IMG/VR virus record: IMGVR_UViG_3300006810_000037
Coordinates: 5,775-69,774 of that record
Strand: one strand, 5' to 3'
Origin: a virus
Length of the DNA: 64,000 nucleotides
The position numbers and the translations under genes were made by a program. The stretch's first letter is position 1. Each line of letters begins with the position of its first letter. The notes beneath the pieces were generated by a model. That model made no database searches. It saw only the letters and a list, made by a program, of their open reading frames with translations, and was not told the DNA's origin. This document shows positions 18,712 to 27,660 of the stretch, piece by piece.

Positions 18712-19320
18712 TTAGCTAACAAATTTGTTGACAAAACCTACAGGAACTGAAGCAAGATTCGGATCGCTGCTATATCTCTTATTCTCCTCATCTTCTAGTC
18801 GAATTTGTTCTAATGCTTCTCTACGCAGTTGATCAATAGATCGTGGTCCGATGAAACCATCTCCCATTGGGATTTGATCTTGGTAGCCCGGCATGTTGTA
18901 GAAACCAGGACCTGAGGGTGCTTGGGGAAGAGTATCAACAAAGGTGGGCTGTTGAGCACCACCAGGTAATCTACCGCCAAAATATTCCGCATCTGTGCGG
19001 CCATAAAGGGAACCAAAATTTTGAAGGCCCGTCTCAAAGGCCCTCTTTAAAGGGTCCGTTAGCATATTCATGCTTGGAACCATGGTGTTCCGTTGAGGCT
19101 GCGGTCTGCCGTAAGGATCTCCGGCGACGACACCAAAGTTTCTCCGGCCCTCCAAAATATCAAGGACTGATCCATTTTGATCGAAGGCTAGTTGAGGGCC
19201 ACTGCCTTTATCCTGACCCCCAGTATTAAAGTTAAGGCCAACCATGTCCGCACCAAGGGTTGCCCTTTGCATACCCTCAAAATTACCAGGTGCACCTGGT
19301 CCCATACTGCTGTAATACAT
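18712..19320 (-). CDS. Hypothetical protein (G/P/M-rich)
   Basis: ORF with a GAGG RBS, in the operon. Confidence 0.55.
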   Translation of the reverse strand: MYYSSMGPGAPGNFEGMQRATLGADMVGLNFNTGGQDKGSGPQLAFDQNGSVLDILEGRRNFGVVAGDPYGRPQPQRNTMVPSMNMLTDPLKRAFETGLQNFGSLYGRTDAEYFGGRLPGGAQQPTFVDTLPQAPSGPGFYNMPGYQDQIPMGDGFIGPRSIDQLRREALEQIRLEDEENKRYSSDPNLASVPVGFVNKFVS

Positions 19321-19356
19321 TTAATAACCCTCTACATTTTGAAAGAAAAAGCGCTA

Positions 19357-19650
19357 TTACGCCTCTTCTTCAGCCCCCATAGAACCCATAGGACCCATAG
19401 GACCCATAGGACCCATAGGACCCATAGGACCCATAAGACCGCCTCCAGTGAGTTGCGCACCTGCGCTATACATACGCTTAACGTCCATTGGAGTTAAAGG
19501 TCCATACATGGCCATGCCGTTGATTGGCATTGAACGTTGTAGATAGCCCATCGCTCCGCTAGGACCCATTCCCATCATTCCTGCTTGCATGAGGGCTCCT
19601 GTGTTGCCAGGTGCGCCGGGCATGTTGGCATCGCCACCGCTCATCATCAT
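19357..19650 (-). CDS. Small G/M/P-rich protein with GPM repeats
   Basis: ORF track; collagen-like triplet repeat. Confidence 0.55.
   Translation of the reverse strand: MMMSGGDANMPGAPGNTGALMQAGMMGMGPSGAMGYLQRSMPINGMAMYGPLTPMDVKRMYSAGAQLTGGGLMGPMGPMGPMGPMGPMGSMGAEEEA
19376..19438. repeat. 9-bp tandem repeat (CCCATAGGA)n
   Basis: Five perfect and two imperfect units encoding Gly-Pro-Met. Confidence 0.9.
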
Positions 19651-19669
19651 GGTTCTAAAAGCTTTTTTA

Positions 19670-19849
19670 CTATTCTATTGGTATAAACTTTTCAGGATCA
19701 TTTACTTTTGTAAAAATAATGCCATTTCCTTTTAAGCGAGAATTGAGGACATCACCCTCGCTCCAATCAAGAATATCAAGCAGTTCATCTGATAAGATCA
19801 CATAGCAGCTGCCATCTGACAATTCATTGATCTCAGTAATTTCAATCAT
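19670..19849 (-). CDS. AbrB/MazE-like small DNA-binding protein (59 aa, not in ORF track)
   Basis: Hand translation MIEITEINELSDGSCYVILSDELLDILDWSEGDVLNSRLKGNGIIFTKV...; LDWxEGD motif. Confidence 0.65.
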   Translation of the reverse strand: MIEITEINELSDGSCYVILSDELLDILDWSEGDVLNSRLKGNGIIFTKVNDPEKFIPIE

Positions 19850-20070
19850 CTTTCAATTGTTCTTTCAACAAGCTTATCAAGCTTAATATTAATTTCTGAA
19901 AATGTATCGTTCATTCTCTGCATTTCTCTTATGTAATCTGCTTTTAATACATAATCAATTGGCATTCTATCTACTTTGTTTTCTATCTCTCGCATACGAT
20001 TGCCAAATTTCGAGAGAGTCCATCCACCCCCCGTTATTGCTGCTATGCCAACAGCTATTAAATGTTCCAT
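19846..20070 (-). CDS. Small membrane-anchored coiled-coil protein
   Basis: Hydrophobic N-terminus then MPIDYVLKADY...INIKLDKL, a common phage pattern. Confidence 0.65.
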   Translation of the reverse strand: MEHLIAVGIAAITGGGWTLSKFGNRMREIENKVDRMPIDYVLKADYIREMQRMNDTFSEINIKLDKLVERTIER

Positions 20071-20099
20071 GGGGGTGCCCTCTTTCCTTTATTATAATT

Positions 20100-21626
20100 T
20101 TAAAAATCCACTTGTAGATTACCTTTTCTAGACAAACCATTCAAGAGCCAAACCAAAGCATCAACGCAGTCATCATGACTAGCTACTCCAAAATTTGTAA
20201 GCTCTTCAAACATTGCCGTGAAGTTTCTATAGCGATTAAAGATTACTTTTCTTTCCTCAAATAATCCGATTGTACCTCTAAATCTAGCTAACTTATCAGA
20301 ACGAAAACCTTTAACTGGATGCCATACTAAGTTCCACAGACTTTCTTGATTTAAACAAACTCTTTTAAAATCAGCCTCAAGACTAGCTTGGTAAGCGACC
20401 GCTTCACTATAAATGTCACATGTAGACATGGTGGGATAGTAAAGACCTTTCTCATCCTGTCCAAGAATATTCCAATCAACTAACATCTCTTTTAACGCAT
20501 CTAATTTTTCTAAATTACCCATTACTCTTAGTCGACGGTAATCAATAATGTGTATTCGATCCTCAATTCTTCCTCCTAAGACCATGACTGTAAAATCATT
20601 TTTTTCTTTAACGCCTGAAGACAAATCAATTCCGACAGCGAGTGAATCGAATTCAGTAGCAATTTCAGCCTTGACTACTAACTCTGGGGCAAGGGAAAGC
20701 TCATGCTGCCTCACAATTTGATTCATATACTGAAAACTAAATGAAACGGGTGCCTGTCTTTTCTTCTCTAATAAATAATCAATTGACCAAAATTCAGGCC
20801 AATAACTAAGCTGCTCTCCTGTTTCTTCATCAGTGTTTATAGCAGCAAGCACAACTTGATTCCAATTATTATTCTCATTGAATGTGGTTGCATGAATATC
20901 ATCATGCCGAAAACGAGTGCCTAAACAAATAGCTCTACCTCCTTCAAACATCGTTGGTGCAATAACTGCATTCCAGTTATCTTCCATTTGTTTTCTAACA
21001 TCTGGATTGGCAATATCAGATGCTGATTTAATGGGGTCATCAATCATGACCAAATGTGAACGTTTTGATGTAACGGATCCTTTCAGGCCAGCTGCGCATA
21101 AAGTAAATTGCTCTTCGCCTGTAGTATCAATTCCTGCAAATCTATGATCAATTGACCAGTACTCATTGGAAGTTACGTTTTTAAGTAACTTAACTTTCGG
21201 AAAAACTTCTTGATATTTCTTACTTTCAATTATTCTTTTAATTGTCGCAGATTTAGAGCGTGCAATATCTACTGTGTAAGAAAGATAGAGTATCTGTAAA
21301 GGCTTACCTGCAGTCGTGTGAATACCAATAGCCCACGCAGTTAGTAAACCTAAGACAGTAGATTTAGCAGAGCCTCTTGGTGCAAGAAGATCAATGTTTG
21401 GTCCGCCTATTTTTAATAAGCATTGTGTATCCAGTCGAGTAATAAACTGTTTATTCCATTCTTTATGATGTGATGCTGGCGGTTTATCTGCTACATACTC
21501 ACAAAAGTAACCAAAATCATCACGCGCTTTTTCAAGTTGTTCGATATTTTTGTTGGGTTTAATTTGTTGCCTTGCTGCAGCTGCACGCGCATTTCTACGA
21601 TATGCTTGATAACTATAAGAAGGCAT
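20100..21626 (-). CDS. terL: Terminase large subunit
   Basis: Walker A APRGSAKST, Walker B LVMIDDP, GTRF coupling motif, RNase H-like GIDLS...D...HDDCVDA. Confidence 0.93.
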   Translation of the reverse strand: MPSYSYQAYRRNARAAAARQQIKPNKNIEQLEKARDDFGYFCEYVADKPPASHHKEWNKQFITRLDTQCLLKIGGPNIDLLAPRGSAKSTVLGLLTAWAIGIHTTAGKPLQILYLSYTVDIARSKSATIKRIIESKKYQEVFPKVKLLKNVTSNEYWSIDHRFAGIDTTGEEQFTLCAAGLKGSVTSKRSHLVMIDDPIKSASDIANPDVRKQMEDNWNAVIAPTMFEGGRAICLGTRFRHDDIHATTFNENNNWNQVVLAAINTDEETGEQLSYWPEFWSIDYLLEKKRQAPVSFSFQYMNQIVRQHELSLAPELVVKAEIATEFDSLAVGIDLSSGVKEKNDFTVMVLGGRIEDRIHIIDYRRLRVMGNLEKLDALKEMLVDWNILGQDEKGLYYPTMSTCDIYSEAVAYQASLEADFKRVCLNQESLWNLVWHPVKGFRSDKLARFRGTIGLFEERKVIFNRYRNFTAMFEELTNFGVASHDDCVDALVWLLNGLSRKGNLQVDF

Positions 21627-21682
21627 AAAAAATTCCCTATTCTTCTACACTAACAAAGAATAAGGAAATTTTAACAATAAAA

Positions 21683-22051
21683 TTAATTATCGCATTCTGC
21701 GGCGTGCTTCACGATTTGCCTTCCAGGTCCCATGTCCATACCTTCAACTTCTTCTTCTTCTTCTTCCATTCCCGGTGCCATTCCCGGTGCCTTTCCTTGC
21801 TCTGGGCCTCCCATATCACCAAGGGCAGCATTTAGCTGATTAGCAAAATCAGTTCGCTTCATGCTTGTTCCTTGCATGCCTCCGGTGTTATTTCCTTCTC
21901 CCACAACTGTATTCATGGGGTTTTCAGCACTATCCCCGGGAGTGTTGTACATGCCAAAATTTTCAGTTGATGCAGCGTCTTGACGCTCTAGCATCAGGTT
22001 TTGTAAATTCTCGTAAGTGTTATCACGAGCACGTTGATTTGACTGGCCCAT
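21683..22051 (-). CDS. Hypothetical acidic protein
   Basis: ORF track. Confidence 0.55.
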   Translation of the reverse strand: MGQSNQRARDNTYENLQNLMLERQDAASTENFGMYNTPGDSAENPMNTVVGEGNNTGGMQGTSMKRTDFANQLNAALGDMGGPEQGKAPGMAPGMEEEEEEVEGMDMGPGRQIVKHAAECDN

Positions 22052-22083
22052 CTTAAATACTGTATTTATTTATATTATAACAA

Positions 22084-22707
22084 CTATTCTTCAAGTTGCA
22101 TTCTCGCCCATACTGCCATTGAAGCTTCTTCTAACGGAATAGAGATAGGGTCATCTTTAAAAATTGCAAGCAATTCACGGATGGCCCTATCTGCTCCGGC
22201 AAGCAATAACCCCTTTCTATCTTTCATTGTGGTAAATTCTTCAACCTGGGCGATGTTGCCTCGAATCTCACGCTGCATTTGAGCATTCCTGGCAACACCT
22301 ACATCCCTTTTAATTAAACCGCTTTCAACATCTTCACGTAATTTACGTACATCCTCTGTCATTTCATTGATCTGAAATAAAAGAGTATGTATATGATCAG
22401 GCTTATCGAAAAGTGAAGTTACCCAAACATCACAATCCGCAACGGTTCCTTTGTAGCCAAGGAACCGTGCGTATATGTAAATTTCTACAACCGAATACTT
22501 GTCACAAGCAAAAGACATGAAAGTCTCTCTTGTAGAAGAATCCAAGTTCTCTACAAAGTGAGAAAAGACCTCAGAACTTATAAGCTCGTCGTGCTTGAGC
22601 GTTGTCTCGAGCTTCTTGTGTTCGCTCGGTTTTACGCTGTTCTGAGGCACCTTTTTCGATTGTTTGTCTTTCTTGAGCACCTTCTTCTCTGAGTTTACGT
22701 TCGCCAA
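22084..22707 (-). CDS. Hypothetical helical protein (small-terminase candidate by position)
   Basis: Upstream of terL and helical; start uncertain. Confidence 0.5.
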   Translation of the reverse strand: MANVNSEKKVLKKDKQSKKVPQNSVKPSEHKKLETTLKHDELISSEVFSHFVENLDSSTRETFMSFACDKYSVVEIYIYARFLGYKGTVADCDVWVTSLFDKPDHIHTLLFQINEMTEDVRKLREDVESGLIKRDVGVARNAQMQREIRGNIAQVEEFTTMKDRKGLLLAGADRAIRELLAIFKDDPISIPLEEASMAVWARMQLEE

Positions 22708-22834
22708 ATCGGTAGGCTAAGTCATAAGCTTGTTGATATCTATCAAGCTGCTCAGGACTAAAGAGTTCTTCACTCTTTCCTCCAAATTTGTTTTCCTCTT
22801 CCGAAAATGCGTCGACAACATTACTGGATGCCAT
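22571..22834 (-). CDS. Hypothetical protein
   Basis: ORF track; ends QARRAYKF. Confidence 0.55.
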   Translation of the reverse strand: MASSNVVDAFSEEENKFGGKSEELFSPEQLDRYQQAYDLAYRFGERKLREEGAQERQTIEKGASEQRKTERTQEARDNAQARRAYKF

Positions 22835-22854
22835 GACTCATTTATCGATCGGAA

Positions 22855-23118
22855 TTAGAAGTTACCGAACATACTGGAAAGGCCTCGTGAGTAGATGTTC
22901 TGACGCTCTTGAGCCTGTGCGTCACGGTTCTGGCGAATCTTGGATCCGGTCAGGCGGTTCAGAAGGAAGTTGAACTGCCCACGGTCAAAACTAGGGCCAT
23001 ACTCGTCTTGAACGATGCTAAATCGAAGGTCATTTTGCTGCTGCCTACTGAGCCTTTGAAAGCCTGGATCATTTTCAAGCGCTGACAATCTCTCATCGGT
23101 GCTGTATTGTCTGGACAT
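22855..23118 (-). CDS. Hypothetical protein
   Basis: ORF track; ends GLSSMFGNF. Confidence 0.55.
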   Translation of the reverse strand: MSRQYSTDERLSALENDPGFQRLSRQQQNDLRFSIVQDEYGPSFDRGQFNFLLNRLTGSKIRQNRDAQAQERQNIYSRGLSSMFGNF

Positions 23119-23167
23119 GATTGTGTTTCTAGAAACTACAAACTAATTATACAATAAGTTTATTTTT

Positions 23168-24451
23168 CTAACTAAACAAACCTGCAGCTAATCCCTGGAC
23201 CATTCCGTACTGTCCCTGGATAACAGCAAGCCGTTCTCTTCCTAGATCTTTAATATTTTGAAGACTCTTATCAATATCGCCCTGTAGACTTGTTAACCCA
23301 GAGTTATATAAATACTTGCGTTCATCGCGACGTTGCTGTTGAAAATCTTCAATTTCAGCAATCGTACCAGTGAACGTAAAGTCTTCTATTGGTTTTAATC
23401 CTGCTCTACGACGTGCTCTCTTTGTAAAGTTGTCAGGAGCAAATCTATATTCACGATCGTCAGTGATAACTTCACGTGTAGGGCCTATAGCTTCTTGGTA
23501 TTTAAAGCCTGGTGTTTCACCTCTGTCAATAGGTACTAGACCTTTACCTGTGTATGTGTCTACTAACTTAAGAGAACCTCTCTCAAGTTCACGAATCATA
23601 TCCTTTGAGCCGCCGACTACATTATCACCTGCAAGGTAATTTGGATTTTGTTTTAAATAATCAAGTAGCTCATCATCTGAATATCCTGCTTGCCTTGCTT
23701 TTAAAACGTCATAACCACCAAAATCATCACCGAGTCCATAACGCTTACGAATTGCGTCTAAAGAAGGACGCTGATACTCTTGTTGCTCTCCTTCTGGAAC
23801 AGCAACAGTTTCTGTAAGTCGTTTACCATAATATGAATCATAATACGCATCAAGAGCTCCGCCTGTTCCGAATTTGTCTTTATATTCCTGAGTTTGTGAA
23901 AGGTCTCCTAACAGTGATTGATAATCGTATCCAGGAATTCCCCCTTCAAATCTTGCCGTGTACTTAAGTATTTCATTACCCGTGGCTTCTCGGCCTAAAA
24001 CATTTTCAACCGCTCTTTTTACTTGCTCTTCATTTTGTTTAGGTACAACAGATTTACTGTATAGTCTGTTTATTGCATTTAAATCATCACCAAATCTTTC
24101 ATCTAAATCGAATAAATCGTTGCTCTGAATAAAGTTCTGTAATTGTAATCCAGCTGTAGTGGGTCCAACTCTTCCTGTTTGAACACCAAAGAGTAAATTA
24201 TTCCTGTAATCTTCGTAATTAGCAAGAGCGTTTTGTTGTCGTTGTGGTGAAGTGGTAAACGCAGAATTGCCAAAATTTCTTGCTGCATCTAGTCCCCCAA
24301 ATGCTGAATCTACAATTTCCTCTAATTTCTCATTCGGCTCTGGCTCGAAAACATCAGAGACTGATCCTCCGCTGCTCTTCGATCCTCCAAATATACTACT
24401 CACCGCACCTCCGATTAAAGGAGCAGCAACAGCGCCAAGTAAAGCAGTCAT
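23168..24451 (-). CDS. Putative DNA ejection/pilot protein
   Basis: Hydrophobic Gly/Ala-rich N-terminus (LLGAVAAPLIGGAVSSIFGG); GGAG RBS. Confidence 0.55.
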   Translation of the reverse strand: MTALLGAVAAPLIGGAVSSIFGGSKSSGGSVSDVFEPEPNEKLEEIVDSAFGGLDAARNFGNSAFTTSPQRQQNALANYEDYRNNLLFGVQTGRVGPTTAGLQLQNFIQSNDLFDLDERFGDDLNAINRLYSKSVVPKQNEEQVKRAVENVLGREATGNEILKYTARFEGGIPGYDYQSLLGDLSQTQEYKDKFGTGGALDAYYDSYYGKRLTETVAVPEGEQQEYQRPSLDAIRKRYGLGDDFGGYDVLKARQAGYSDDELLDYLKQNPNYLAGDNVVGGSKDMIRELERGSLKLVDTYTGKGLVPIDRGETPGFKYQEAIGPTREVITDDREYRFAPDNFTKRARRRAGLKPIEDFTFTGTIAEIEDFQQQRRDERKYLYNSGLTSLQGDIDKSLQNIKDLGRERLAVIQGQYGMVQGLAAGLFS

Positions 24452-24462
24452 TTTTTAACTCC

Positions 24463-25089
24463 TTAAGAAAATAAGATTGCGTTGTCGAGGGGGGACGACG
24501 ACCCGAACATCGCTCGGCTTTGTGCTATTCTACCTGCAACGTCTCTTTGAATCGCTAACCGGTTTTGGAAACGCTGCGCTTCTCTCGCTTCGGGAGTGTT
24601 AGCGAACTCAGCCGCTTGTGCCGCAGCTATACGATCTCTATCCCTTCTTACCCGATCAGCTTCACTAGCACGCAAAAAGTTTGCATTAGCGCCAAAACCA
24701 AATTGAGCATCTATATTAAGAGCATTATTAGCTAACTGAGCAAGAGTTGCTTCCCTTTGTGCATTTTGTGCAAATGCTAGCTGCCCTTTAGCAGTTTCTA
24801 AAGCAGCTTCTGTGGTGCGATTGGCTGTATTAAAAGCCAATCCTGTATTAAGACCTCCTAAGACACCTGTAGTAAGATTCCTCCCTGAACTACCACCAAG
24901 ACCGTCAAGGAAGCTACTAAAAAAGTCTCCGCCGCTGTTATTACTTGTATTCCCAAAACCTGAAAATCCGCCTGTGCCAAATAAGTTTTGACCTGCACTA
25001 ATTGAGTTTGCGAAGGAAGGAGTGTTGCTAGCAGCGCCGGGAGTAAACGCACCGAAAGTAGGATTAAAACCGCTGCCTGAAAAAGTCAT
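24463..25089 (-). CDS. Putative ejection/internal virion protein
   Basis: G/S/F-rich N-terminus and Ala/Gln coiled coil; GAGG RBS. Confidence 0.55.
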   Translation of the reverse strand: MTFSGSGFNPTFGAFTPGAASNTPSFANSISAGQNLFGTGGFSGFGNTSNNSGGDFFSSFLDGLGGSSGRNLTTGVLGGLNTGLAFNTANRTTEAALETAKGQLAFAQNAQREATLAQLANNALNIDAQFGFGANANFLRASEADRVRRDRDRIAAAQAAEFANTPEAREAQRFQNRLAIQRDVAGRIAQSRAMFGSSSPLDNAILFS

Positions 25090-25105
25090 GATAACACCTC
25101 TTTAA

Positions 25106-25603
25106 TTAACTAAAGTTGTAAGAGCCTGCTGGGTTAGTGCCGAAGCCTCCAATGGGAACATTGCCCATTCTCGCAAGCGCATCTGTGGCTCTTTGGGCAC
25201 CACCTAAAGCTACTGTTGCAGGCAATACAGCGCCCTGCATAATTGTTTTAGGAATCTGATACAGCAAGTTATAAGGAGCAGCCTGAGCCATTCTTTCTGC
25301 TTCAAACTCATTCTTTAATGCTAATTTTTTTCTAAAATTTTCAATGCTATTTGCATCTATGATATAATCCCAGACCTTATCGTCGCCGCTAACTGTATCG
25401 CTTTGTGCTAATTTAAGTGCGTCATCCACGGAATAGCCTTCATTTATCAGCTCCATTGCTTTTTGCTGTATCGGTCCAACTCCGGACATGTCACTTGGCT
25501 TATCATTAGACATGTCTTGCATTGCTGGAAAATATTTTCCACCTAACTCAATATCTGGTAATTGTGTGCCTAAAGAAAAGCCTGTTCTAAAACGATTAGT
25601 CAT
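25106..25603 (-). CDS. Putative internal virion protein
   Basis: ORF in the same cluster; GAGG RBS. Confidence 0.5.
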   Translation of the reverse strand: MTNRFRTGFSLGTQLPDIELGGKYFPAMQDMSNDKPSDMSGVGPIQQKAMELINEGYSVDDALKLAQSDTVSGDDKVWDYIIDANSIENFRKKLALKNEFEAERMAQAAPYNLLYQIPKTIMQGAVLPATVALGGAQRATDALARMGNVPIGGFGTNPAGSYNFS

Positions 25604-25613
25604 TTAAATCACC

Positions 25614-26129
25614 TCAAAGGCTAAGGCTGCTTACGCCGCTTAAACCTGTTTGTGCGTAGGGATTTGGATTGGACATTAAAGTTTGCAGTGTGCCGAGACC
25701 AAGCTGTTGGGCACCTCCAGCTAACTGGTAGCCATACTTTTGACGTGCAAGGTCACCTTGGATCTGTCCGACCTGTCGGGTTGCTTCCATACCACGACGC
25801 AGATTTTCATTTTGAAGCTGATTAATAAGTGGCAGCATTTCTTTTGTCTGCTGCACGTTAAGACCCAGAACCTTGCTAAGTAACTCAATGTTATCTTCAG
25901 TACTCATGCCGGGACCTTGTCCGCTAAGAGGAGCGCTACCCGTTGCTCTTCTATCACCTTGAATTACGTCCACACCTGCTTGGCCCAGCTTAGTGAGTCC
26001 TCCTAGCGCTAATGCTCCCCCTCCAATAATTGCTGCAGGCATGGCTACATTTTTTACAACAGGAGCAGCCGCTTTTCCTGCCTGAGACAGATAATCCATT
26101 AACTGCCCAAACCATTGTCCCTTAGCCAT
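25614..26129 (-). CDS. Putative ejection/internal virion protein
   Basis: AAIIGGGALALGG hydrophobic segment; AGGAG RBS. Confidence 0.55.
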   Translation of the reverse strand: MAKGQWFGQLMDYLSQAGKAAAPVVKNVAMPAAIIGGGALALGGLTKLGQAGVDVIQGDRRATGSAPLSGQGPGMSTEDNIELLSKVLGLNVQQTKEMLPLINQLQNENLRRGMEATRQVGQIQGDLARQKYGYQLAGGAQQLGLGTLQTLMSNPNPYAQTGLSGVSSLSL

Positions 26130-26169
26130 AATAAAAACTCCTTAATATGTTTTATTTTACAACAACTAA

Positions 26170-26784
26170 TTATGCATCAAAAGTTTGAACTTGATAGGGG
26201 CCAACGTTTAATATTGACCCTGCATTACCTGTTAAGGCGGTAGCTGCGTTTAAAGCAGTGAGAAGATCTTGGGAGTTAGCACTAAGTTGATTGCCTTGCA
26301 TCTGTGCTTGTGCTTGTAACTGCGCTAATTCGAGTTGTTGCTCAGGGCTAATTGTTTGCGAAGGAAGTGACCGTGTTCTTGGTGTTAATAAATTTGCTAC
26401 CGCACCTCCAGCAAGCTGTCCTGCAGCCCCACGCAAATTTGGGTTATTCGCTATGTCACGCACTCCTTTTGGTACTCCAGATACACTTCCTAAACCGGCA
26501 AGAATTCCTTGTGTGCCTACATTTGATACAAGAGATCCGGCTCCAGCCCCAAGGCCTTGGGTCAATGTGGAAATAATTGCTTCAGGTGCTGCAGCCACTA
26601 CTGCACTGTCAAGCGCACTCGACATAGCGGGAGACTTTAAATTACGTGCTCCGACTACTGTGCCTTTTCTGACTAGATTGCTAGCGCCGCCAGGGCCTAA
26701 AATACTGCTTATACCTTTACCACTCTTTAGCAATACCTTGGATAAAAGAGGGGCGAGCTTGCCTGCTAGTTGAAACCCAGCCAT
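26170..26784 (-). CDS. Putative internal virion protein (G/A-rich)
   Basis: ORF track and composition. Confidence 0.5.
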   Translation of the reverse strand: MAGFQLAGKLAPLLSKVLLKSGKGISSILGPGGASNLVRKGTVVGARNLKSPAMSSALDSAVVAAAPEAIISTLTQGLGAGAGSLVSNVGTQGILAGLGSVSGVPKGVRDIANNPNLRGAAGQLAGGAVANLLTPRTRSLPSQTISPEQQLELAQLQAQAQMQGNQLSANSQDLLTALNAATALTGNAGSILNVGPYQVQTFDA

Positions 26785-26827
26785 TTTATTTTATTATCTA
26801 ATATATTTCAATTATACTTTAAAAATT

Positions 26828-27430
26828 CTATTCACTTTGTTCCGTGCTTTCTTCCTCACTTATTTCTTCTTCTTTGCCTCCTTTGTTTGCAAGTAATTCT
26901 GAAATAGATGGGTCATCTGAATTATTACTCTCGACACTACTCATTGCCATCATTTGAATAAAACCGTTAGGATCAGGCCTAGCGTAACTTGGGTTGGGAT
27001 TTTTGGGTTTATCATCGGGATTCATCGTAGGGCTTATCTCAAAAGCCTTCATCCAAGTAGGATTAAAATCAGGTTGATCTTCAGGACGTTGTGCTGTTAA
27101 TGGTCTACCTGCTGTGAAATCATATTGCTCCTGACGATTAAACCTTCCAATCCCTTCAAATAACTCATGGCCTTCAGCTAATTTCGAACCATCTTTGAAG
27201 TAAGGCGAATTACCTACATTTTTTAAATCCGGATTTAATGTCACCTTACGGGTTTTCATCCGGCGCAATAAATCTTCAGATGTAAACCTTGTAGGGTTCC
27301 AGGGATATTGTCCACCTTCTGGTTTTGAACTAAAGAGATCATTAAAGTTTAACTTTTTTAATTGCTTACCTCTTTTATCAAAAGGATTACTTACGTAGCG
27401 TCCTAGATCTAAACGATGATCTCTTCCCAT
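26828..27430 (-). CDS. Hypothetical protein
   Basis: ORF track. Confidence 0.6.
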   Translation of the reverse strand: MGRDHRLDLGRYVSNPFDKRGKQLKKLNFNDLFSSKPEGGQYPWNPTRFTSEDLLRRMKTRKVTLNPDLKNVGNSPYFKDGSKLAEGHELFEGIGRFNRQEQYDFTAGRPLTAQRPEDQPDFNPTWMKAFEISPTMNPDDKPKNPNPSYARPDPNGFIQMMAMSSVESNNSDDPSISELLANKGGKEEEISEEESTEQSE

Positions 27431-27660
27431 TACCTTTTACTCTTATTACGTTTATTTAATCTAACAAGAGTTTCCCTTAGCTTTGCTTCTTCTTTTGTTT
27501 TTTCATCATATTCATCAGGGTTTTTTTCTACATTTGCCTGGAGCTGAGCAGTGGTAATACCCTTCTTTTTTGCTTTTGTGACAAAGCTATAGTTTTTATT
27601 TGTTGTATTTTTAGCTTTATCTTCACCCTTGAAAGACTTATTGGTTTTTTGATTAGCCAT
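27430..27660 (-). CDS. Small basic protein
   Basis: SFVTKAKKKG...AKLRETL pattern seen in phage basic proteins. Confidence 0.6.
   Translation of the reverse strand: MANQKTNKSFKGEDKAKNTTNKNYSFVTKAKKKGITTAQLQANVEKNPDEYDEKTKEEAKLRETLVRLNKRNKSKR

Noticed and set aside
19376-19438. GPM repeat as a true collagen fibre or contingency locus
   Set aside because: Only about seven triplets, and the 9-bp unit keeps the frame, so it cannot phase-switch expression
22571-22707. Second long dual-coding overlap
   Set aside because: The N-terminal part of ORF 22084-22707 is probably an over-extended start; a later start removes most of the overlap
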